DNA of 64,000 nucleotides from Takakia lepidozioides (taxonomy: Eukaryota > Plantae > Bryophyta). Location of the stretch: positions 41,788,001-41,852,000 of the forward strand of contig CM060731.1 in assembly GCA_030704615.1 (NCBI GenBank). The letters run 5' to 3'. Numbering within the stretch: position 1 is the stretch's first letter; every line of letters begins with the position of its first letter. Made by a program: the position numbers and the translations under genes. The notes beneath the pieces are model-generated. The model saw only the letters and a program-made list of their open reading frames with translations, did no database searches and was not told the DNA's origin. Below, piece after piece: positions 1-10,767 of this stretch.

Positions 1-759
1 ACAAAACAAGAGGGGGGAATTGAAAGGTGGTTGTGCATGCTCAGCCAGAGAGGAAGACGTATCTATCATGGTCTTGGATCTCCATGGGGTGAGGCAATTG
101 CGGAGACTAGTCATAATGATGTTGATGATGGAGGTTGGGTAGAGGGGGTAGAAGATGATGATGACGCCCTGGAGAATACATCCCGGACCCTATATGATGA
201 AGCTCCAGAAGATACAGATGTTGGAGAAGGAGATGAAGACACGACCATTGACAACGAGGTGGAGAATGATTCAGATGTGCCTTTTGAGGGCCGAAGCATT
301 TATGACGATGACTCCTATGACCAAGAAGACTTGTAGCTTGATGATGATGTAGAAGCTCCGGATGATGATGTTCAAGTTGATTAGACACGAAATCAAAGCT
401 ACATAATAATTCTCGCACCAAACTTTACCCATCCCTTCGATTGATTGTACATGTACATGCATATTGTAGCTTATTTCTATGATTGATCAAATATGGCTGT
501 GGCTGGTAGTCTTTCAAGAAAGAAGACAGAGACAATGAATATGTCGGAGCAACATATACAGATGTGGTATCAAGAGAATTATCAAAATGAATGTCACAAT
601 CTACAAAAAGGTCCAAAACAACAAGCTAAACCATAAAGAAAAACAAATACCCTACCCCAGTACCATATTAAAATAAATAAATAAATAAAGAACCCCCGAA
701 GGTCCTAAACCTAAACCTAGAAAGCCTTGCCGTAGCTGCCTATGACCCCCACGCGTCGT

Positions 760-1262
760 ACACTGCGACGAGTTTTTTTTGGATTTATGAGGCCGGGGGT
801 CGCAAACGGCGACGGAAAGCCGTCGCAGGCTGCGACCCGTTTTTTTTGTTTTGAAAGAATAGGGCAACCCCTGTTTGCCACGCCTGGCCGTCGCCAAGGC
901 CTTTTGCCATTCATGCCACCATGCGACAACTTGGCGTTGCAAACAAGGGTTGCGATGAAAGGAAGGGCAAGAGATGGCTGCCTTTTTTCGCTAGCGACGG
1001 CCGGCCGTCGCTAGAAAGGGTTGCCTTCTGCCCTCTGGGAGACAACGTTCGGGCGTCACACGGAAGGGCTCCCTTCTGCCCTTCATCCGCTCGTGCGACG
1101 GTCGGGCATCGCCACCTGGCCCCAACGCCAGGTGGCGGCCCGCGGGGTCTGTTTGCGACGGCCCAGTGCTGCAAAAAGGCGCCGCAGGGTTGGCGCCGCG
1201 CGGGGCGTGGGGCCCCGGCTGGCATCGCAACCCCCCCCCCCCCCCCCCCATTTGCTGTAGTG
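760..1262. mobile_element. Right end of a CACTA (EnSpm) DNA transposon with subterminal repeats
   Basis: Ends ...ATTTGCTGTAGTG at 1262 (reverse complement CACTACAGCAAAT). Many GCGACG/CGTCGC-core repeats occur in both orientations at 760-1230. The left end is not seen in the window. Confidence 0.7.
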
Positions 1263-1738
1263 ATGGAATACAACCGCATCCAAATCACTGGCCTCGCCAT
1301 GTGCTGCTGCCCTCAATCAAACATCCTGCACCTTTCTCAAGCACACCCGGTCTCCATCAAGGGGGGGATTTCTCCCCTGTCAGAGTATGCCAATGGTCAT
1401 CCAGTGCCAAGCTCATGAACCTTGCTAAGCCTTCTGGGTCAGTTTTGACCGCTTGGAATATTAAAGCAAACACATTTGTGTGGATTGGAGGCAAACCTAT
1501 CATACAACTGCAGCTAGATCATCAAGAATGGACATGGGATCTTGATGACAAACCATCTTTTTTTCAATACATAGCAAAAAAAAGCTACAAGTGCCTCAAT
1601 ACAAGCTCCATCCCCTTCTCCAAATGGGACGCCAAATGGAGAGCCTACAGATTTCAAAATGAGCATTGGAATGTAATCTGGAAAGACATATGGATCAAAA
1701 CCAGACCTGCAAACTTAGCTGCCTTTCTCTGACAAATC
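1263..1738 (+). pseudogene. LINE (L1-like) ORF2 C-terminal zf-RVT region, decayed; target of the large retroelement
   Basis: Trp-rich KSYKCL...KW...WNVIWKDIW...LAAFL*QI. It continues in frame after the insertion at 31375 as (I)ANKILKVGR*LQF. Confidence 0.65.
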
Positions 1739-1823
1739 TGTCGTGCACCTAAGCATCGTGCCACAACATACATCGTTGTCCAACCACACTTCCTAGCATA
1801 TAGTCCTAGAAAGCCACGCCACA
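1739..1823. repeat. Terminal repeat A (outer copy, 85 bp, TG...CA)
   Basis: TGTCGTGCACC...CCACGCCACA, near-identical to 7842..7926. Confidence 0.9.
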
Positions 1824-1827
1824 ATAA

Positions 1828-1981
1828 TGATACGAAAATGGTTGATACGGAAATGGTGAAAAGAGGAGAAGCCACTCTATCACGTTATATAAGTCAAGCC
1901 AATGGCATCTTTGCTAAAAGACTCCACCATACAGACCTCACCCACTCTCCATTTCAAGTACTAGAGTTATGGCGGCGAGAG
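1828..1981. repeat. Repeat B, first part (split by TIR element 1; 15-bp tandem duplication at its start)
   Basis: Matches 31033..~31165 and continues at 7623. Confidence 0.85.
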
Positions 1982-2672
1982 CCTGGGGGGGTGCACTCTT
2001 TATAAAATGTCCGTATCACGTGCGTTCGCCGCCTAATAAAAAAACCCCCTGTATACGGGTCCTTGGATCATTTATACCCCCTCTGTACATACATTTTGAA
2101 GATTATAAAACCCCCTCCTGTAAATATATAGAAATTTGTAATTTTAAAAAAATACCCCCTTCTGTATGTATATTTCCCTTTTCAATAATTAAAAAATACC
2201 CTCAAATATGTATATGTATGTTTTAATATTATATCAAGTTTATTCATTTAAAAATAGAATAAAATCTAATAAATTCATTAAAAAAATTGTTTGCCCTCGA
2301 TAAAACTTGTTGTGGAATCTCACTTTGAACAATAATCAGATGCCGAGAGGAAATGGACATTGTCAATGCCCTATGTGCAAGAGGCCTGAAGAAAATTTCT
2401 ATTTTCTGATATGCAGTCCTGGGTATTTCATCAGAGAGTGACCCTCTTGAAGACCAAGACCTAGTCACTGCACCTCTGTTCATCAACTAGGACAGTTTCT
2501 GAACTTGTTCTACAGTTTCAACCTTCGCAAGGTCCAATTATGTTCAAAACCTACTGTTAAGAATTCCTCTCCAAAAAGAGATTTCGTGCGCCTTTGCTGC
2601 CACTGTTGGAGTCCAACCTGACTCGCAGTTGACAGAGTTCAATACATTCAATTAGATGACAAGCATTTCATT

Positions 2673-5600
2673 TCACCAATACTCCCCACAAGAACAAACA
2701 CCATTTTGGAAGTGGTGACAGCGGTTTGCATCCCGTACAACAATCTCTTGCTTAGCTATCTTTGAGATGAATTTGGTGGCTGTGTGGCAATCACCACACA
2801 TCCGAAGATTCTTGATGGTCCCTAAAGACATCCCAGAGGGTGTGTTGATAAGCCCCAAAACAATGGCCAGCTTCTCATTGTGGTGGCAAAGAGACGATTC
2901 TTTAAGCTCTTCCTCAACATCATGCAATGCAAAGTGCGGGCTTCACCCCTTCGCACATCATTTGCTCATAGGTCTCCAAAGCCTCCATCCCGCGCCTTTG
3001 TTGTGCATATCCTGCAATCATAGCACTCCACAACAGCACATCTCGTTCAGCCATACTGTCGAACACTCCCTTCATACATGTCCACGAGGGTACTGTTCAA
3101 AATGACATTTGATACAATTGCAGATCTAACAATGTCGCCATGGACCTCTTTGCCCTTTTCCAAAGCTGACAGACTTACACACGCATTGCAAATGTACACA
3201 AACGTGATGTGGTCGGGCTTCACCCCTTCCCCCATCATTTGATCATAGGTCTCCAAAGCCTCCATACCATATCCCTGCTGTGCATACCCTGCAAGCATCG
3301 CACTCCACGACACCACATCTCGTTCAGCCATGGAAACTCTCTTCGCATCCTTAATGCACCCACATTTGGCATACATGTCCACCAAGGGAGTGTTCAGAAT
3401 GACATCTGGTACAATTCCAGCTTTGACAATGTCACCATGGACCTCTTTCCCCTTTTCCAGAGCTCCCAGGCTTGCACACGCATTGCATCCTGCTAACATT
3501 ATATTCCACGTGATCAAAGATCGTTGAGGCATTCTGTTGAACACTTGGTGAGCATCAATGATGCTCCCGCACATAACATACATGTTGACAAGGGTGTTGA
3601 GAAGAAAAACATTTGACGTGAATCCACTTTGGATGATGTGAGTATGCACCTGTTTTCCAACTTCCAGACCAGTGTTGGACTGGTATCAAGTTTTTTACAT
3701 ACCAGACTGGTCCTGGTACCAGGCGTATCACAAAACTTTCATACCAGTCTGGTTTCTATAATGGTGGATGTATTTTTTTCCAGATACTAGTATGAATATG
3801 AGTATCATGACCACAATACCAGCTGGTATGAGATATCAACTCTGGTATCATTCCAAAGCCATCTTGAGTTACAAATTTGTCAAGTGGCAAGTATCAAGTG
3901 AAAACAAATAAAATATACATAAGAAGTAAATATACATAAGTACGAATATATAGGCATATGTACACATAAATTAATTCAGTATACATACCAGAGTAAATGA
4001 GGAAGACGATGGGGGAGTACGGGTATTGTGGCTGGTATGAAAGAACTGATACCAGCCTGGTCTGATATCTGACCAAGTATTCTCCCAAATGATACCAGAC
4101 TGGTCTGATATCTAATACCAGTGCATATACCAGTATTATGTACCAGTCCTTCACCTATATACCAGTCCAACACTATTCCAGACCTTCCATCTTAATGCAC
4201 TTAAGCAAAAGACAAACATACATATCTGAATCTGGTGAAATGCCTTGTGATGTGGTTAGGCTTCACCCCTTCCCCCATCATTTGCTCATAGGTCTCCAAA
4301 GCCTCCATCCCGTGCCCCTGTTGTGCATACCCTGCAAGCATCACGTTCCACGACACCACATCTCGTTCAGCCAGAGTGTTGAAAACTCCCCTCACATCCT
4401 TAACGCACCCACATTTGGCAAACATGTCCACAAGGGCAGAGTTCAAGATGACATCTGGTACAATTCCAGCTTGCACCCAGGCTTTCACACACATTGCAAA
4501 CACAAACAAATGTGATGTGGTTGGGCTTCACTGCTTCGCACATCATTTGCTCATATGTCTCCAAAACACTCCTACCACACCTATGCTTGGTAAATCCTTT
4601 CAACATAATATTCCACGTGATCAAAGATCATTGAGGCATTATGTTGAACACTTGGTGAGCATCCCTGATGTTCCGGCACTTAACATACAGGTTGACAAGG
4701 GTGTTGAGTAGAAAAACATTTGGTGTGAATCCACTTTGGATAATGTGAGTGTGCACCTGCTTTCCAGCTTCGAGACCGTCCATCTTGATGCACTTAAGCA
4801 AGAGACAGACACGTATTTGAATCTGCTGAAATGCCTCCTTGGTTTAGAGTCTGTAGAGCCTCTGTCAGGCTGTCGCTTAAAGTATCTTCACATGCCCAGA
4901 AGTGCCAGAAGAGGCATTGTGGACTCCCTCTCTTGATCCTCTTTCAGAAGCTGTGGTCATGGTTGAGGTGCCTGATTTTATCAACTGTGCCGCTGCAGCT
5001 ACTGCCTTTAGTTGACAATCTACCCATGCAGGTTTCTTATAGCTACTGACCCCCACATGGAATCAAGGTAATCTGGAGCTTGAAGTCCAACCCTCTTGGA
5101 TGAATATGGACCCACACTCTATCCATGCTCATTCAGGAAAAAATAGGGAAAAACTCTGATAACAGGGAAAAACGGGCTGAAATGTGTTGAAGAAGGTACC
5201 TTCATTAGCAGCGCCTTGTTCTATCAAATGCACTGCTACCGCTGCTATTTCCAGTTGACCATCTACCCACGCAGCTTTCTTGTAGCTATTGATCCGCAGG
5301 GAATCAGAAGTAATCTTGTGTTTAAAATTGACCTCTTGGATGAATCGTGTTCCACGACACCACCTTGTTCAGCCATAGTGTTGAACACTCCCTCCGCATC
5401 CTCAATGCTCCCACAATGCTCCCACAATGGCATACATGTCCACAAGGGTATTGTTAATAATCAGATCTGGTACAATTCCAGCTTTGGTGATGCAACCATG
5501 CACCTCTTTGCCCTTTTCCAGGGCTGCAGGCTTGCACACGCACTGCAAACGCACACAAACATGATGTGGTCGAGCTTCACCCCTTCCCCCATCATCTGCT

Positions 5601-6070
5601 TTCAGGTCTCCAAAGCCCCATCTCGCGCTCCTGCTCTGCACACCCTGCAAGCATCGCGTTCCACGACACCACATCTCATTCAGCCATAGTGTTGAACACT
5701 CCCTTGGCATCCTCAATGCTCCCACATTTGGCATACATGGCCACCAGAGCAATGTTCAGGATGACAAATTTTGGTACAATTGCAGATTTGATGACATCAC
5801 CAGGGATCTCTTTGCTTTTTTCCAGGGCTGCCATACGCACTGCAAACTTACACAAACGTTATGTCGGCGGCCTTCACCCCTTCCCCATCATTTGCTCAAA
5901 GGTTGGAGCCTCCATCCCGCACCCCTGCTGTGCATACCCTGCAAGCATCGCACTCCACAACACCACATCTCGTTTAGCCATAGAGTTGAACACTGGTCCC
6001 TTATCCTCGATGCACCCACATTTGGCTACATGTCCACCAGGGCAGGGGCAGTGTTCAGAATGACATCTGG
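2673..6070 (-). pseudogene. PLS-class PPR-DYW RNA-editing factor relics (several rearranged copies)
   Basis: P/L/S motifs (VVSWSAMLAGYAQQG, KPDHITFV, ILNTALVDMYAKCG). DYW domain at 2673-2927 with HNEKLA...CGDCH...CSCGEYW. Frameshifts and deletions throughout. Confidence 0.88.
3670..4175. mobile_element. hAT-like MITE
   Basis: TIRs CAGTGTTGGACTGGTAT / ATACCAGTCCAACACTA, perfect 8-bp TSD TTCCAGAC (3662-3669, 4176-4183), and ATACCAG subterminal repeats. The empty-site paralog is at about 4750-4800. Confidence 0.88.
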
Positions 6071-6365
6071 TAATCTGATAGGCATTCACCTTTTTGCCTC
6101 GGTTGTCCCACCATTGTCTGGGGTCAGAAAAATATTCATTCCACAACTTCTCCTCGTCTTTGTTACCTGTTTTTGGATATTTTCCTGTTGTCACATTGGC
6201 AGTATCATGTCAAAGTCATTCCAAACTATCCTAGATTCACTCAACCAGCTAACTTGCATAATTCAACATGAAAATTTAGGGCCGATTCTGATAGGAGGGG
6301 AAAACAGGGTGAAATGTGTTGCAGAAGGTGCCTTCATCAGCAGTGCCTGATTTTATCAATTGTGC
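6060..6365 (-). pseudogene. OSB-type PDF-motif (organellar ssDNA-binding) module joined to PPR repeats; related modules at ~4960-5345 and ~7050-7170
   Basis: EEKLWNEYFSDPRQWWDNRGKKVN resembles the PDF motif of plant OSB proteins (W..FF..P..WWDNR..K.N...PDFKH). Confidence 0.7.
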
Positions 6366-6389
6366 CGCTACTGCAATCTGAAGACAGTA

Positions 6390-6755
6390 TTCATTTTCTG
6401 ATACACTGTCCGGGGTTCTCTCATTGATAACAAGTACGTTGAAGGTTGCAATGACCAAAAGTGCTTCTAATAGAGTCCCACATCAATTCAATCTCAAAGA
6501 AGTTCATCCCTTGACTGGCTGGAGAGTGGTCTTACACATTGGTGATTCAATGGGGCGCTCTAGGAAGACAACCAAGGGCAAGGACTTCAACTATAGGTGA
6601 CCAAGTGCAGTGGACTCGTGAGAAATCCCAAACCCTAAACGTTCCATTGTGGACTATATCATAATGGACAATTTGTTCCCCCAGTGTGCCAATGTGTTGA
6701 TCGACAGAACTGATATTGGTACCTCTGACCACTTCCTGGTTTGGACTGAGATCAA
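6390..6755 (+). pseudogene. LINE APE-type endonuclease fragment
   Basis: Translates with frameshifts to RSIVDYII ... DIGTSDHFLVW (C-terminal SDH motif). Confidence 0.55.
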
Positions 6756-7622
6756 AAGAGAACCTCTTGTGTGTGCATACTTGTCTGTAGCCAGGTAACG
6801 ACGGATTGGTCAGTGAGAACCACCACGGTGCAGCTGAGCACGGCCTGCTTAGAACAAGCTGACTCTCCCAAGAACCTTGTAAACATCTGGAAGAATACCA
6901 AATCAGGTACTAACAGGAGGCAAGATCCCGTAATAGCAGGATGGAAAAAAATCTTCACATCGTACCTTAAGAAAACGCCACACCTTGCAATTGCAATTGT
7001 CCCACCATTGTCAATCTTCTAAAAACTCATGCCAGGTCTGCTCAGTGCTGCAAATTCAGGGCCGACTCTGTTGAGAGGGCAAGACAGGCTGAAATAGATC
7101 GAAGAAGAAGGTGCCCTCACCACATTGTCCTTGACCTTGTGTCATGACCCATGGAGGATTTGCCCTCCCATCAACCCAAAAGGATCGCTTCCCTAAACTC
7201 TCCCCTAAACCTTGTAAACATCAGGAAGAATACCATGCCCTGTGGAGAGGAGGGGAGAGGAGAGGAGGGAAAAGAGAAAGCCCGCAGAAGGGAAGGCGAA
7301 CGCGGGAGAGGAGTGGAAAGGAGATGAGAGGAGGACAGGGAAAAGAGAAAGCGGCGGGAGGGAAGGGGAGAAAGATCGCGGAGAGGAAAAAAAAAAAAAA
7401 AAACAAAAACAAAGAGATGATCCCGCGGTGCATCGCGGCCAAAACGTCACTCTTACCACTACACTACCCCTTAAAATACAACAACCCCCTCCTGTAAAAT
7501 TATATTTAAGGTGTTTTAAACCCCCCTCTGTATGTATAATGTTGTACATGGGGGGGGTTTAAAATACCCCCTCCTGTGCACGCACGTGGCTGGTACATTT
7601 AATGAGGAGTGCACCCCCCAGG

Positions 7623-7839
7623 GGCGAGAGAGGCCTCGTGAGGTTCGACTAGAAGAAGACGAGCCTGCCTATGTCTCACGTGGAGATAACCTCCCCACGT
7701 CCCAAGTGAGGTTCGCCACCTCACTTGGCACATGGAACCAAATGAAGTCCCAATGCCAACAAAATACAAATATAAATGTATAATGTCCTAATTAGCTAGA
7801 AATAACTATTTCTAACTAATCACAAACAAAACCATGACA
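7623..7839. repeat. Repeat B, second part
   Basis: Matches ~31158..31374 and ends ...AAAACCATGACA. Confidence 0.9.
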
Positions 7840-7841
7840 GC

Positions 7842-7926
7842 TGTCGTGCACCTAAGCATCGTGCCACAACATACATTGTTGTCCAACCACACTTCCTAGC
7901 ATATAGTCCTAGAAAGCCACGCCACA
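7842..7926. repeat. Repeat A (inner copy), preceded on the coding strand by a polypurine tract
   Basis: Near-identical to 1739..1823. The minus strand reads AGGGGGGCGAT-TGTGGC. Confidence 0.9.
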
Positions 7927-8183
7927 ATCGCCCCCCTAGCTGGTGATTAGGTCCCTCTAACACCGGATAGCTTGCAAGTATCCACCCCAATAAGATCATC
8001 GCTTGGTCTTCAATCGCACAAGTCCCAACACCTGAAGTTGATAGATCAAGAGGCCGGGTGCAAACGTAGCCCCATCGTTAGTCGCCTTCATGCAATCCAT
8101 GATCTTCAGTTGAGTATCCATGGCATTGAAGCCCCACTAGCTAGACCTTGGATCACTTGTCCGCCTCGCCACTGTCATGCCCA

Positions 8184-8417
8184 CTACCTCTGTTTAAGGC
8201 ATCGTGGACCTAACCATTCTCCGATAGAAACCTCCTCAAGTGGCGGTGTCAAGCATCCCATGTGCCACCCCCTTGAGCATTTGTCACACACTAACATGGT
8301 TGCAGCGCCACCAGCATGCCCACATAGCATGCAGCGCAACCCTGCATGTACCACTACAAAGTTGGGATCTATCCTCCCATCCACATGTGGAAGGTGACAT
8401 GGCGCATAATTGCGCAC
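8184..8417 (-). pseudogene. PHD finger at the C-terminus of the retroelement integrase
   Basis: CMLCG...MLVCDKCSRGWHMGCLTPPLEEVSIGEWLGPRC, a C4HC3 pattern with one Cys mutated to Gly. Confidence 0.85.
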
Positions 8418-8426
8418 ATGGTCCTT

Positions 8427-9929
8427 TCATACCATGCTATCTCGACCCTCCAGAATCAACACTCCTAAAGGCAACATCTCCCTGACCCTTAGAATCACAC
8501 GTCCTGCTGTGACATCCAAGGTCGTAGGCGCTGCTTGCTGCAAATACACATAGTCCCCAAGGTGGAAACGCCGAACACTTGGCCAATATCCCCCTTCACA
8601 TATAGTGGCGAATCTCAATGTGTCTCGGTATTGGACAATAGCAAGGTTCTCAAAAGCCATAGGCATGACTCTCTTGAACAACTCTGCCCGCTGGGCACAT
8701 GCTTGTGTCCACACATCCGGATCATCAAGGTTGAGAACTATTGCAGCCTCCCTGTGAATAGATGCAGGCAAATCCGGCTCTCGGCCAAAGATAAGAAAGT
8801 AAGGTGAGAATGAGGCAAGTGAAGCTTGTTTGCTGAACCTATAGCCCATAGCTAGCCAAACAAGCTGAAGGTCCCAATCTCCTAGGTGTCCGTTCTGCAA
8901 ACCGTACTTGCGTAAACCTCTCTTGACTGTCTGAACAACTCTCTCTGCCAAGCCATCAGCCTCGGGATGATCCCGAGAAGTAGTGCGGTGATCTATCAGG
9001 GCTTGCTCACACAAAGCCTGAAACTCCCCCAAGAACTCTCTCCCCTGGTCCGTGAGTACCTCGGCTGGAGCACCAAAATGGCTAAGCACTCGATCTAAGA
9101 ATGCATACGCAGCCCTCTCACTTGCCTTGTCAGGCAATGCCACCAGTTCAATCCATTTGGAAAAGTGTTCCACCATCACCATCACATACTTGTTATGACG
9201 AATCATCAATAACAATGGGCCTGCGAAGTCAAGACTCCAACAATAGCCCAAACCCATATTGGGTAAATGATGCAATTGTGGAGTAGGGGCGTTGAAAGAA
9301 GCCCGCACTCTATCACACACCATGCACCTTGCCACTAACTGTTGCTCATCCGTGTGCATGCCCCGCCACCAATATTGTCCTTGCAGCAAATTATGAGTGC
9401 GCTGCACCCAAAAATGTCCCAACTGCTCATGGGCATGGCGTATCAATCGCACTCGTTGTGTTGGATGAGACACAATCCTCACTCGTCCATTCTCCCATAC
9501 TCGGAGTAGGTGAGTCCTCTCCCACTTGAACCTCTTGGCTCGTTGTAGGACCCGATCCTTCTCCTTAGCAGTCACATTAGCTGCTGTCTCTCCGGTACGA
9601 AAGTATGCCAATACTGCTGCATCTTCATGCACATCCTTAGCACCGCCAAACTCCTCACTAGTCTCTGGATCGTCATGCACGCTATCTACATGACCAATCG
9701 CATGGGATGAACCAGTTTGAGCTCCCATTGCTAGAATGCATAAAAATGCCGATGCGTGCCATCCTTGCACCATCTCCTCATCCGTCTCACCATGCCACCG
9801 AACTCCAGTATCATCATGCTCGCTTGTGCATAGATTACGACTCAATCTTTCTGCATCCCGATTGACAATACCGGCTCGATGCACCACCTGGAAGTCGTAC
9901 TTTTTGAAGCATAAGTGCCCACCGTGCAA
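8427..9929 (-). pseudogene. Gypsy-type DDE integrase (HHCC + rve core)
   Basis: HEQLGH...CMVC, WSLDFAGP, VLTDQGREF, ADGLAERVVQT. Confidence 0.92.
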
Positions 9930-10401
9930 GCTTCTCTGTAAGCTTGTCTGACTCCATCAACCACTTCAATGGTTGGTGATCCGTGACAAGGGTGAAGAGA
10001 TTGTCATAGAGGTAGCATCTGAAATGTGCCACTGCCCATACCGCAGCTAGACACTCCCCTTCATAGGAACTATACTTCGCCTCGGCATCATTGTTCGAGC
10101 GGCTAACATATGCCACTACGAACTCTCTTCCCTCATCATCCATTTGTGTAAGCACTGCTCCAATCCCCAACATACTCCAATCCGTATGTAGTTGGAAAGG
10201 CCGCCCCCGAATAGGCCGCCTCAGAATAGGTGCAGAAGTCAATCGAGCCTTGAGTTCCTCAAAGGCTTCCTCCTGCTCCCCCTCCCGCTGCCACTCCTGA
10301 CCCACCTTGGTCAACTTGGTAAAAGCCTTTGCAATGTTGCTAAATCCCTTGACAAACCGTCGATAGTAGTTTGCCAATCCCATGAAAGCACGAAATCCAT
10401 G
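9835..10401 (-). pseudogene. RT thumb and RNase H of the DNMT-bearing retroelement
   Basis: RAFMGLANYYRRFVKGFS, FQLHTDWS, YEGECLAAVWAV, LVTDHQPL. Confidence 0.92.
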
Positions 10402-10767
10402 CCCAGGAGGTGCATTCTTCATAAAAAGACCATATCATGTGCGTGCAGCAACCAATAAACAATACCCCTGTATATAGCTTGATTCATGAATTTATCATAT
10501 GTATTCATATTTTTAAGACTTTATTAAAACCCCTAAAGTATTTATATAAAACAAACAATTAATGAATAACAATACCCTGCTGTATGTATTCATGTGTTGA
10601 TTGAGAATATAAAAACCCTTTAATTAGTTGAAGTAAAGTCGGGCTGTGGTCTCTACACACATTCTGCTGCTGCTTCTTCTTCCCCTTGCTGCACTTGGAG
10701 CTGCACATTTGGGTTTTCTTGTGGGGATCTGTTTGGGAGGGAAGGGAGGAGGAATTGAGGAGGAGAA

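Larger units (their letters stand above)
1982..7622. mobile_element. Non-autonomous cargo-carrying TIR DNA transposon 1 (5.6 kb, 8-bp TSD)
   Basis: TIRs CCTGGGGGGGTGCACTC (1982) and GAGTGCACCCCCCAGG (7622). Perfect TSD GGCGAGAG at 1974-1981 and 7623-7630. AAATACCCCCT/ACCCCCTCCTGT subterminal repeats. Removing it restores repeat B. Confidence 0.88.

Noticed and set aside
31-336. Acidic 101-aa ORF as a host gene
   Set aside because: Low complexity, at the window edge, and probably internal to the CACTA element.
652-1418. Several overlapping Arg/Gly/Pro-rich ORFs
   Set aside because: By-products of GC-rich CACTA subterminal repeats.
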